Positions 51,303-64,000 of a stretch of DNA of 64,000 nt are shown one piece after another. Numbering within the stretch: position 1 is the stretch's first letter; each line of letters opens with the position of its first letter. Below the pieces are notes generated by a model that had not been told where the DNA came from, ran no database searches, and saw only the letters and a program-made list of their open reading frames with translations. The stretch comes from the human T2T-CHM13v2.0 reference genome, Homo sapiens. The position numbers were made by a program, and so were the translations under genes. Location: assembly GCF_009914755.1 (NCBI RefSeq), contig NC_060926.1, one strand, 5' to 3'.

Positions 51303-53184
51303 TATGCATTTGGTTAAATCTTACATTTTTCCAACTTTCAATTTCTAAGAATTCCAAATACATCTGGCAAAGGTAGGCTATTATATTTTATATTGGTCCC
51401 TTTTTTTTCTTTATTAATGATGCATAAAGGTCCATCTTAAAGTGATAGTATCTTAGATAAGATGATCTACTGTAATTGATGTGAATGTGTTTTGAAAACC
51501 TCAACGGAGTAGACTATTATAAAGCCTTTCACAGCCTGCCTCACACTGATGAGGCTCTGTCTTCTGGTGTAATCTTCACAACAACAAATACATTAAAATG
51601 TATTAAAGTACACTATTAAAAGCAAATGGAGTAAGCCCTCCAGGGAAGTCAGTCACTTTAGAATGCTCCACTCCGCCCCACTTCACAGCCCGGGATTTGA
51701 CAGATCTCTGAAAGCAGAAAGGCTGGAATACACATGAGCTTTTCTTTTGTTCTTTCCATAGGGATCCAGTTCAGTGGCTCTCAAACTTTACTGTGAATTA
51801 AGATCGGTGGACATAGACGTATAAACATGCACAGTATATGCACTAAATCATATGGTGCTTTAAGATTTTCTAGGACCATCTTGATTATTATTCAGTGTTT
51901 TTAGTCACCAACTGTAGAACACAGCTCGCTTCTGGATATGATGCAATGTCACCTTTTTACCGAGGAAGGCCCAAGTGTTATGTGAACAAGCAACTTAGAT
52001 TGGAGCCATTTGGCTCACAGTATGAAAGGTATAGACACGTATTTTTTTAAGCAATAAGGTATGGCTTGAAAGGTGGCACTTGATTTCTAAACAATATTCC
52101 AAAGCAAACTTAAAGAGAAATTCAAAATTTAACATGTCTCAGACCGTGGTGGATCTTAGAGGAATCATTAATAAACATTATGAGCTTTGAAGAAAAAGGA
52201 GAATGTTTAGATACAAGGGAACAAGATTTGGTCTATACCTAGGTGTTTGAATTGTACAGGATGATCTGGTCTTTTAGCCGTGACCATTTCACACCACGAA
52301 ATAATACACTGAAATTAAGTCCTAGAATAAAGATTTTGGGTAAGTGCTTTGGAATCTGTTGAGCATCATAGGCGCTGGTGCTACCCTTGAACACAGTGAA
52401 GTCTCTAGTGTTTATTCCCCACTGGAATTTTGCCATATGGACAGTTTCCACTCTCTTTAGGCAAGGATTAGAAGATAGCTTGTGGCTATGCTTTTCCCAA
52501 TGGCATTATCAGAGACAGTGGGAAGGGTTTGCTAGAATCCCTCTGCCCTGCTTGTCACATTTGAGTTAGGGGAGTGGTCACGAGGATGCTTTTAAATGTA
52601 ATCCCTCTTTGGTCCCCAGCTGTAGGTTGGCCTTTAATATTTACTGATGGTTTGGATGTGGACAGTCAAGGACTTCTTACCATCCTCAGCGGTAATGAGT
52701 ACTGGCTCAGTCACTGTGGGTTATGCTCAATTTAGGTCAATGGAATAAATGTTTAGTAAATTGTTTCTGAAATGTTTTAATAACAGAGTGCTTCCCTCCA
52801 AAATATTGTATACACTGTAAATTTCATTAATTTACATAATGTATTATGCTTTGCAGGGTGAGTGGGGGCTCCATGAAATAGTCTGTCTAAAGTTGCAGAG
52901 ATTCTGTACACAGGATGTTGTTTAATGGGCAAAGCTGGAAGTCAGGATCCTCCGGTCCTTATCCCTGCCCCATCCAGGAGAGGGAAATTTAGTCTCACAT
53001 TTGAGCCAATCTCAGATTCACCATCTTGCAGGAACCTGTTTCTCCCTTACTAGACAGAGGGTCCTGGGTTGCCTGGGCTATCTGTGGCTGGCCCATCACC
53101 ACCTCTACAGCACCAGTTGAGTGTCTTGCCTGCCAGGAGTGCTTAATGCATGACTCTAGTGGGTGCTTTATGATGATGCCACAG

Positions 53185-53272
53185 CCAGTGGGAGCAAACC
53201 CAATGCTGCGTAGCCAAAGCCAAGGGCTCCAGTAGGAGCAAACCCAATGCTGTGTAGCCAAAGCCAAGGGCT
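53185..53272. repeat. 44-bp tandem duplication
   Basis: ccagt(g/a)ggagcaaacccaatgctg(c/t)gtagccaaagccaagggct occurs twice, 42/44 identical. Confidence 0.95.
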
Positions 53273-54129
53273 TTTGGGAAAGAAAATGGAATGGGTTTCA
53301 ACCCTGACTAAACATCAGCATTATGTGGAGGAGCTTTAAAAACCACCAGTGTGCAGGCCCCACCCCATCCCTACCGACCTGAATTCCATTGAGAGGACCT
53401 GGGCATGCCGAGTCGAGGTGGCCGCAGGTTATTCTAATGGCCTTCCAGGGTTGAGAGCTCCTGGCCTGGTTGAGCAAGGCAGATCAGGAAAGGCTTGTTT
53501 TGGTTAGCAATGACTTCTCCTATACTGAGGTGCTGAAGTATGTGGGTAGCAGAAGGAACAAGCTCTGGGAAAATCTCTACAGGCTGTTCTAGAAAGCACT
53601 CTGCTGCCTGGGTTTTGGAGTTGGCCAGCTCCTTGTAGAGGCTGACTTCATGGGGAAGGAACATGGTTCCACTCAGAAAACAATTCAACTATAATTGAGA
53701 AAGAGGAGAGGTTGCTGTTCGTTCTCCCCAGTCACCCAGTAAATTTGGAGGCTGAGGGACTTAACATTACTGGCAGTCGGCTTGGCAGTGTTGATGTATG
53801 GATGTTGGAAATCAGAGATTAAGGCAAATTAGTATAGGAAGGCCAACCAGGAATCAAATTTGATTGTTTCAAAAGCCTTTCCTATTTGTTTCTTTGGGAC
53901 AGGATTTTGTTTTAAGCCTTTTAAAGACTTTGTTCAGCTAAACTCATCAACTTTTTTTTTTTTTTTTTTGCATTTGCTCTATGTTCTGTTTTATGCTAGA
54001 AGAGATGACTGTTCTAGAAAACCTTTCTAGAATGAGGCTGGATATATGGAAGCCAAGGAAAGGAAATATAAAAGACAAGTCAAAGATTCAATAATTAGAA
54101 TAGCTAAGTCATAACTGTCTTCTTCTTTT

Positions 54130-54320
54130 TAGATACTGTTCTGAGCACTAATTTATCTAATCTTTACAGAAACCCTGTGGGTTAGACACTATTACTACGA
54201 TTCCTATCTTACAGATGAGAAAACAGAGCCATAGAGAGGGTAAATAACTTGCCCAAGATTGTATAGCTGGACTCAAACCCAGTTGGACAGCATGATTTTG
54301 TGCTCCTAGCCACTACACAT
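54130..54320 (-). mobile_element. MIR
   Basis: ttacagatgagaaaacagagccatagagagggtaaataacttgcccaag. Confidence 0.78.
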
Positions 54321-54603
54321 AAGGCCTTTTAAGTTTGGAGCCTGGTGAGGGGTCATCACACAATTATAGATGAGTCCTGCCTTATTGGTTTGGTTCAGTG
54401 TTCCTTCTCAGCGTTCGTGCCCACACACAAAGGATGCTGTGATATTGTTTACTTGTGCCACTCTTTACTTGTGTGACTCTCTAGGCCATGACTCCCAGAG
54501 GACAGGTGTGGGTCCTACAGTGCACACCCTGGGAATTAAAGATTTTTGAAGAAAGTTCACTTATTGAAGCTTATGCTAAGTATTTGCATACATTACCTTC
54601 CTC

Positions 54604-54907
54604 TTTTTTTTTTTTTTTTTGTTAGACAGAGTTTCATTCTTGTTGCCCAGGCTGGAGTGCAGTGGTGTGGTCTTGGCCCACTGCAACCTCCGCCTCCCGG
54701 GTTAAAGTGATTCTCCTGCCTCAGCCACCCAAGTAGCTGGGATTACAGGCACCTGCCACCGTGCCCGGCCAATTCTTTTGTATTTTTAGTAGAGACAGGG
54801 TTTCACCATGATGGCCAGGCTGGTCTTGAACCCCTGGCCTCAAGTGATCCTCCCTCCTTGGCCTCCCAAAGTGCTGGGATTACAGGCGTGAGCCACCGCA
54901 CCCAGCC
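54604..54907 (-). mobile_element. AluS
   Basis: Antisense full dimer. TSD tacattaccttc at 54589-54600 and 54908-54919. Confidence 0.92.
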
Positions 54908-55409
54908 TACATTACCTTCTTTATCCTATCACAACTCTCCTGTTTTACACAGAAAGAAATGACCTTCAGAGAGGTCAAGGAGCTTGCCCAAGGTCTCACA
55001 GCCATCTACTGTTTCTGTGTCCATGCTCTTGAGCTCCCCACTGTCTAACTCAATACATCCTTGCTGAATGAGCTCCAGGATTTTGATGCAGAGTTTTAGT
55101 TGCCTGGGATATTGGAGGAGGGGATACTGGGGCGCTCATCCCAACCTTCAAGGGGAAAGTTCTTAATCTACATCTACATCCTTGAGAATGAAGATTATAG
55201 AAGGAATTTGCTTCGGGAATCCTGGCTGGCACGTGAACCAAAGGGTCCCATGTGTGTGAGAAGGCTTGTGAGCAGGAGATGTGATTTACAGCTTTGCTGG
55301 TCCATGATATGCATGTCAATGGTGCTGCCCTTAACCCACCCGCTCCCCAAGCAGGGACTCAGAGATTGACTTCTCTTCTTTCACTTGATTCATTTATTCA
55401 TTTGTTTAA

Positions 55410-55723
55410 TTAGTTTGTTTATTTTAGAAGTTGTGGCAAAATACACATAAAACTGAACATCTTACTCATTTTTAAGTGCACAGATCAGCGGCATTAAGTC
55501 CGTTCACATTGTTGTGCAGCCATCACCACCATCCATCCACAAAACTCTTTTCATCTTGTAGAACCGTAACTGTCTCTTTAAACAGCAATCCCCATTCCCC
55601 TCTCCTCATAAGCACAGGCAACCACCCTTCTACTTTCTGTCTCTATGAATGTGACTACTGTAGGACCTCGTGTAAGTGGATCATACAGTACATGTCCTTT
55701 TGTGATCAGCTTATTTCACTTAG
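55410..55723 (-). mobile_element. L1MB-type 3' end
   Basis: ttcacattgttgtgcagccatcaccaccatccat...ctactttctgtctctatgaat...cttatttcacttag. Confidence 0.85.
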
Positions 55724-56094
55724 GTCGCTGGATTCTTTACCCTTAATTGTTCTCAGGATGAGTACAGATGAGGGAGGACCCCGGGGTGGGTGAGGAAATG
55801 AGTGTGCAGGGAGATACCATGTACGTCAGGGACTAAGGAGGGGAAGGCTGGGGAAGCTCTGAGATCCCATGGGCCTGGGAAGGTAGGGTCCGGGCTTGCT
55901 GCTTAGAGCTTCTGTGAGGCTTCTTTAAATAGTTGGGCCCCTGAGGATGTTTTGCCTAGAGAGCCACTGTGGGTAGACCTCAGGAGGCTGATGAGACTAT
56001 GCTGAAGCTGCTTCCAAGAGCTTTCTGCAGGTCTGGATAGATAGAACAGGACAGGCTGTGGGATTCAGGGCTGGCACGGGCTGGGGAGCAGATA

Positions 56095-56290
56095 GGCCTT
56101 GGTGTTGAATACTGGCTCTGCCTTTTGTTAGAGGTGTGATCTTGAGCAAGCCATGTAACTGGTCTCAGCCTCAGTTTTTTCATCTGTAAAATGGGGATAA
56201 TAATCGCTATCTTGCAATGTTGCTGTAAAGAGGTAATATACATAAAGTGTGAAGCATAGTGCCTAGCACATGGCGGATGCTCACACATAA
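56095..56290 (+). mobile_element. MIR
   Basis: cctcagttttttcatctgtaaaatggggataataat. Confidence 0.82.
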
Positions 56291-56672
56291 CAGTGGAATG
56301 ATCAAAGATGGGCTTCTCACACTTGGCATTTTTAAAGAAGATGAAACCTCCAACTGGACAGTGTCTTCTGGTCTTTGCTGATGGCCCAGAATCATGGCTG
56401 CTAATTTCTCTCAAAAGGCGATGTGTTTCACACAGAAATGAGAAGTGGGGCTATGAATAGATGTGACAGCTAGTGGTTGGTGTCTCCTAATCCCATTTAC
56501 CCAAAACTAGAAAACAGCAAAGGGTACAGAAAAGCCATTTGTAGAAATGGAGACGAGCAGAGTGCAAATCATTCCTCCAGACAAATCATGACTTCCACTC
56601 CGTTTCCATTTAGTCGAGGCAAGGTCTCCCAGAGCTCCCACCTGCCCAACATTCATGGCTAACAGTCTAGCT

Positions 56673-56851
56673 GAGTGGTTCTCAAAGCCAGAACTCTGCA
56701 CCAGCAGCATCAGCCTCACCTGGAAACTTGTTAGAAATGCAAATTCTGAGACCCCCATCTCAGACCTCCTGAGTCAGGAGCTGCCAATGGAGCCCAGCAA
56801 TCTCTGCTTTACCAAGCCCTCCAGGTGATCCTGCTGTGAGCTCAAGTTTGA
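56673..56851. mobile_element. MER5A
   Basis: gtggttctcaaag...ccagcagcatcagcctcacctggaaacttgttagaaatgcaaattct...ccctccaggtgat. Confidence 0.85.
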
Positions 56852-58610
56852 TAGCTCCAGCCCCTGCCCCACCCGATTTCTACTTTCTCTCCCCCTGCTG
56901 CTTGACACACATTTCCTGGTCCAGCCAGACTGGTCTCCCTTTTGAAAATTCGAAGGGTATTTCTACTCTCCCTCCCTTGCTGTGCCACCCCCTGCATCTG
57001 GACTATCACTGGAAGCCCACTCATCCTCCAAGGCTGCCCACAGATTTCAGCGCTCCCAGACTGTTGCTGATCATGGTAGCGCATAGTGGTCACTCCCTCT
57101 CTGACCATCTGTAACCCTCACCACCTGAGCCTCACACTGCCACTTTTATTGGCAGTTAACTGGTCTTTTCCCCCAAGCCAGAGTTATAAGTGTCTGGTTG
57201 GCAAGCACCAACCAGTTCTTTGCTTCCCCTTTAACATTCAACGTGTGTTTTACCATTATGAGCACTGGAGTAGGGCACATGGTAGACACTCAGTATATAC
57301 CTAGGTGATGAATTGACAATTGTAGGTTTGGAGGTTGGAGAAAAAGAACTGTGGAAAATTGCCCAGGGAATATTGTTCCTGTCATTTTTGATGGTACATC
57401 ATGATCAACACTAACAACCATAAAAAAGTGTTATTCCCTAGATGCCCAACTTTTCACATCATTGGAGGAAACTCAACAGGTGTTGCTGGAGTGCTGATTA
57501 AACAATTATCACTCCTCCCTGGCTTCCTGTTTGTGTACCGTCTGGAGAATGCCAAAGTCACTGATGGTGCCAGCCCTTCCCATTGTCACTTGAGCTATCT
57601 GCCAGGGAGCTGCCAGGATCGGAGCCCCCTACCGTCTGGCACTGGGTTGGGTGGTGGGAGGGCTGTCTCTGCACGTGACCCTGCTGAGCTGAAGATGCTC
57701 TCAAGGCTGCTGAGATTGTTTTGTTCTAGAAGTATATAATCTTAGGACTGGAAATTGGTTAGTCCAGTCTCAGATGGGGAATCTGAGGCCCAGTGAGGGA
57801 GAGTGCCTTGCTCAGTGAGACTACCAGTTAGCGGGAGGGGATGCTGGTTCCTCTTATTCCTAGCTTAGTGCTTGTTCTCCAACAATACCTGGGATGGGCA
57901 TGAACAGAGCTATAGTTTGGGGGGTCTCCTCATATATCCTACTCCCTCCTGTTGCCCTCTTCCTAAATTACTACTGTACCCGGCTCTAATCTGCCCAGAA
58001 TCCTGAACCTGAGAGTCCTCGTCTACCCTGGTGGTGTGTCCCTTCTGTGATTTCTATGGGTATGGGCCGGTGAGGAAGCTCACTGAAGGGAAGGGCCTTG
58101 GGCTTGGTGCATTCTAGCCTGATGGGACTGGTCATCTAGACTAGGGCCCCCTTCTAGTCCTGGAACTCTATAGGCATTCATACAGGTCCCTATAATTTGC
58201 TGCCCTAAATCCTCCCAGGAACAAGAGGGGTATAAATAAATAAGTTTGCATTAGAACCTGGACAACTGAGAAACTTGTGCTGATTTGTTATCCTGTAGCA
58301 GGAATGGTAATTAAGCGTCATTCATAACTCTTTTTGATACTAATGGCCACCTAGAATGTGACCTTGAGAAGCATTTTGAGTAAGGGCTCTGGGGCAAAAA
58401 AGCTTGATGACTGATTAATGATGTCTGCCAAGAACAGTAAAAAGGAGAATTTGCAGCTGTGCAAAGATGAAATCACTACATATTCTATTAGTAAAAATTT
58501 CTCTTGAAGTCGTTTCATTGTTAGATTTGACTGTAACAGAAAGCCTCCAATAATAGCGACTTAAAGAAGATAAATGTGTTTTTTTTTCTCACACATGAAA
58601 GTCTGGGTAC

Positions 58611-58902
<292 letters not shown>

Positions 58903-59058
58903 GTCTGGGTACAAGCCCAAGGAGGGCATGGCTCTCCAAAATCACAGATAAAGGTCACCTAGGCTCCTTTATCTAGAGGCAGTTTCAATCCTATTCTTCA
59001 AGATGATGGCACCTCTATTCCAGGCAGCAGGATAGAGAGAAGGATGTTTAAAGGATAA

Positions 59059-59350
<292 letters not shown>

Positions 59351-59573
59351 AAAGGATAACTTTTTAAAAAGATGAACTCTTGACTATGAAACAAATATTA
59401 TCTTTGCACATGGCAAAGATTTTATTTAACTAATTAATTAATGAGGGAACCAGTAAGATGTTATAGCTGGTTCAAAGAAGGACTAAATATATATACACAT
59501 AGATGCCACCAAGAATGCTGAGGTGAGCCTATAATTAGCTGCACAATGAACGAATATTCCACTGCAATGTTAA

Positions 59574-59808
<235 letters not shown>

Positions 59809-60254
59809 TTGCAATTTTATAGTAGGGCACATTCGTATTATTAACAGTATTTGTTCACTCACAGAATGATAAAATGGCTCCAAGACAATGAAAGTCTGAG
59901 ATAACACAGAAGTGTCCTCTAGACACGATACCCAATCATCATTTTTGTCCATTTCAAAGTCTTTCACAATTTTTCCTGACGAGGTGATAATGGAGAGTGT
60001 TAAGGGAGTATATTTGCTTTCTCTTACGGAAAGTTCCTGAAAACTGTCACATATACATTTGTTTGTATCCTATGGCGAGATTTAGTCACATGGTCACACC
60101 TAGTTACAAGGGAGGTTGGGGAATGTGTTCTTTATAAAATTCTGTTGTACAGGAGAAGGGGAATACAGATATTGCCAGGAACTAGCAGCCTCAGCCTCAG
60201 CCATCATCTCTAGTTCCTGCTGTAGCATTGCTCTTAATAGCAAGCAATGAGAGG

Positions 60255-60620
60255 CCACCAAGGGTCCATCAGATAATCTGTGGTATGTCCATGCAATGGA
60301 ACATTATGTAGCCACTCAAAGAAGGAGGCAGCTGCCTAAGTACTGTTAGAATGGTCTCCAAGATACAGCGTTCAGTGAAAATAAGCATGCAGGAGAGTGT
60401 GTATAACAGAGTACTGTTTGAGCTGGAAAAAAATTATGAATATGTTTGTGAATCCATAGATTCTTATTAAAGGAATAATAGAAAGGACGAATGGTCTCTG
60501 GATGACTAGGGGCCAGACAAAAGAGGGAGGCTGACTCACCCTGCGTTGTAATTTTTCTTATTCTTTTTGAATTTGTACCATGTTCATGTTATCTATTATC
60601 AATAGGATAAAATAAAAGTC
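60255..60620 (+). mobile_element. Old L1ME 3' fragment
   Basis: tgtggtatgtccatgcaatggaacattatgtagcc...ctccaagataca...tgaatttgtaccatgttcatgttatctatt. Confidence 0.65.
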
Positions 60621-61479
60621 ACCATCTATGTATGGCTCTAAAAAACACTGAAGTTGATCTGAGGCCGGGAAGAGGGTAATGTTTATAAATAGTTTCAAGA
60701 TGTTCCCCAATTATGGGGAGAAGTGGGAACCTTGGAGAAACTGGAACCCTAGAATAAGAACAGATGATAGGGAGTCATCCCACTGCATATCTTTCTGAGA
60801 TTCTTGAATTTCAAACCACTTGGATTTAATATTATTTTAAAGCCTTAAAATATTTTTAATATTAAATAAAAATTGTAAAATTATGCTAGCTGTTATAGAT
60901 GTTTATACCTCCATGCGTACACACAGACACACACACCCCTCCCATGTATTTATTTACTCATTCATCCATTCATTCATTCTTGCTAGGGGATTCCACCGCA
61001 GGGGAATACTCTTGGCATTGTCTGTAGTCATCTCTTCTTAAGTGGGAAGAAGAGGGAACCAAGAGTTAAGGAACCTGGGTTTTAGCCTCAGCTCAACCCT
61101 GATGAGCAGTATGACTTTGGGTGAGTCACCCCACCTCTCTGAGTAAAGATCTGCATCTGTGAAACAGGCTTCACTACACTTGTTCTACTTACCTAACAGG
61201 ATCATTTTCAAGATTTATGTTTGGAGGGGAGGTAATTTGTCAGCACTTGTGAAAAATGTAAAGCATCGCTCAAATGTAAGGGATTATTATGGCCCATGGA
61301 GTGAGAAGCCACAGATCTTGTACGGGAAATTCTATCCTAGGCAGCAGAAAGGCTGTTTGAAACATGAAGCCTAAGGAGGGAACTGTTGAACTGTTACCCA
61401 GCAAAACAAGTACTTACGGAGCATTGGTGTGAGTCAAGCCCTGTGCAGGGGATCCCATAGAAGGCAGCAGAATGTGATG

Positions 61480-61700
61480 GTGAAGACAAGAAACTCCAGG
61501 AGTGCTGGCTTCCCATCTTACATTCTGTGTGCCCTTGGGCCCTTCTGTGTCTCAGTGACCTCCTCTGTGCAGTGGGAGTAATATTAGTATCCACTTCACA
61601 AGCTTGTGATGAGGATTAAATTAGCTAACAGACGTAAAACACTTATTACGCCCGTGCCTGGCCCATAGTATTAGTAAATGCTGTGAAATGGTAACAGTGG
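61480..61700 (+). mobile_element. MIR (another lies at about 61050-61290)
   Basis: ttgtgatgaggattaaattagctaa...gtgcctggcccatagta. Confidence 0.7.
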
Positions 61701-64000
61701 TATCTACTTTAGTAGGTTAGGACCCTTAAATGTGCTGTTGATTTTAAAGCACCCGGCAGGGACTGGATCCCATAGCAGTAGTGGTGGTGGTAAGAATAGA
61801 AGTAGAATTGATAGCATTGTTCTCTGCTCTTGCATCACTTAAAATCTAGTTGAGGAAAGACTCATGTGAAACAACACACATTAGCAAAAATAATAGTCCG
61901 CCAGGAAAATGTTTATATATGGAGTGGACATGTTTGAATTTTTTAAAGCTTTGACAGGTTAAGAAGTACCTTAAAGTTTTTAGCTTGGCTGTGAAAAACA
62001 CAAAAGACACGAATTGGAAGAAAATGGCTATTGAAAATTCTATCTCTGGGGTTTCCTGGCCCCGCTGGCGGCCCAGGAATGAGCTTTGTTTGGGATGGAG
62101 AGAATCCGCTTTTGGCATCCAGTTCCAGGAGGCAAAACTGCAGGGAATTCTGCATGATCTCATCCAGTGCGCTAATCACCAGCCAGGAAGCCATTACACC
62201 TTCCTGAGGCACTTATCTAACTGGATTCAGAAGTGCAGCTGCCTCCAAGGGCCTGGGATGGGCTATTTGGCTTCATTCTGCGGGGACCTTGTTGGCCATG
62301 GGTCATTTTCAAAAGAAGGGCCTTGAAATGACTCCCTGACTGCATTAGCAGGAAAGGGCATGCTGGGGTTAATGGCTAGAGGCAGATCCCTCTTCCTCAG
62401 TGACTCAGTGTGAAGCAGATGCAGTGCTAAGGAAGGGGCTTATTCCTGAGCAGAGAGGAGACAGGAGTGCAGACGGGGGCTGTAGTTTGTTATCCCCTTT
62501 CCTTCTGGCCACGTGCCCAGCTCCCTGGCAGACACCATGTGGGACATGAGAGTTGAGAGCTGGAAGGAACCTTGGGAGACAACCCTCGTCTTTCACAAAA
62601 GAGAAAATTGAGGTCCAGAGAGGCGCAAGGAGGTCACCCAGCGACTTGAATCAAGCCACTTCCGGCATACAGGACTTCAGAGCCCAGGCCCTGGAGGCCA
62701 GGCAGTACAGCAAGAAAAAAGAACACAGACAGACCGAGCAGGGTCTAAATTGTGGCCTGTTGTGAATTCTCCTCTGTGAAATGGAAATGACCCAGTGGAG
62801 CATTTGTCAGGAATCGTTGAGCTGATGTAAAGTGCCCAACACAGCCCACAGGGCATGTGTTCCAGATTGCATCCGTTCTCTTCTGTTACGGTATAAATAC
62901 AGCTGAGATTAGCTGAATACTTGTGAAAGCTAAACCTCCAAGACACGTGCAGTAAATTCATAACTGAGTATCATCAGTGTATAATCAACATGAATCTCAT
63001 AAATTGACCTTACCAAGGTGGGCAGGACATCAGAGAAGCCCCCACCTCCGGTCCCCCCTCCCCCTCCCGCACAGAGGGGAATGATGCTGAGAAAAGGAGG
63101 GATTTGGCTAGGTGAGTTTCAAACTGGAATAGTGAAGAGGGTGACTACTCTCCTGCCACTGTGATGAGTCTTGCCATGACCGGGACCAAAGTGTGACTTT
63201 GGTGCCAGGTTGAGAAAAATTTTGAAGCCAGAGCTATAGATTGGAAGTGGCAAACTTGACGGATTTGATCAGTGCAGCCCATCAAGAATGATAAGGAGCC
63301 ATTTTCCTAGAGAATCTCAGACCTGAGTAATTGGATGCCCCGATACCCTTGCCTCGCAGCCAAGGGCCGTCGGGGGCTCTGCAGAAGTGCTCCCTGCCTG
63401 GAAGGCAGTGGTTTGCTGATTGCAGCTGGAGGTCAGAGCCTTACCTCTGTCCTGATCTCTGGTTTCATCCCTGGCAACACTGCTGGGGGCTGAGTTCACT
63501 CCTCCTCCAGAGGGATTTTAGAAATCTTTTATGCTGAAAACCAGGAAGGCAAATAAAACTCATGGACAAAATATGTACTTGTACATGGAAAAGGAGGGAT
63601 GGGATACTCCCTCATCACCACCGATCTGGAAGAAAACGAGGAGCACCAATTCTCCTGGGGTCTGTGCTATTCGGGGGTGTGAGCCAGGCATCTTGATTCT
63701 TTTAGACCTCAGGCACATTCAGGTTGGGTGCCAAGAATATTTGGTGCAACAGAGTTGCTGACATGTCCTAGCTCTGGACAGTGTCTTGTAGAGTACTTCA
63801 TCCTCTCTGGAGGGAGGAGGGAGGGGAGTTTTCATAGCACCTTAGCCACAGGCTGCAGTTGTCCTGATGAGCCCTTATTAGGAGAAGAGACCCAAGAAGG
63901 GTCCCGTGCTTTGGAGGCTGTGGCAATGTGACTTCTCCAAAAACCAACAAGGTGTTGGTTTGGGTGTTCTCTAAGTTCCTTTCTGCTCCAAAGCTCCATG

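Noticed and set aside
53185-53272. Short direct repeats as a possible CRISPR-like array
   Set aside because: Only two abutting units with no spacers, in a eukaryotic context.
55980-56414. 144-aa ORF
   Set aside because: It contains the MIR-derived peptide IIIPILQMKKLRLR and is repeat-derived.

Overview
This is primate, almost certainly human, non-coding DNA; the AluYa5 copy identical to consensus supports human. It looks like the interior of a large intron or a gene-poor regulatory region. I can support no protein-coding exon, RNA gene or CpG island, and I cannot name the locus. The ORF track consists of Alu-, MIR-, L1- or L2-derived frames and chance frames. The window holds about 20 Alu-family elements (FAM and FLAM through AluJ, AluS, AluY and AluYa5), many with visible target-site duplications (TSDs). 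It also has MIR, L2, old L1M, MER5 and MaLR LTR fossils, microsatellites and several motif-dense candidate enhancers. I found no convincing new gene system. The most unusual signals are structural. Three short insertions inside old repeats appear to be copied from local DNA: a snap-back patchwork at 6113-6171, a 21-mer shared by 38487 and 40801, and a 22-36-mer shared by 49210 and 50579. Other notable signals are a diverged 76-bp duplicate 2.6 kb apart, a G4 plus convergent CTCF-motif cluster at 27.1-27.8 kb, a closely spaced inverted Alu pair, and an unidentified retrocopy-like insert nested in an MLT1 LTR. Repeat subfamily names come from remembered consensus features, and boundaries of old repeats are approximate.
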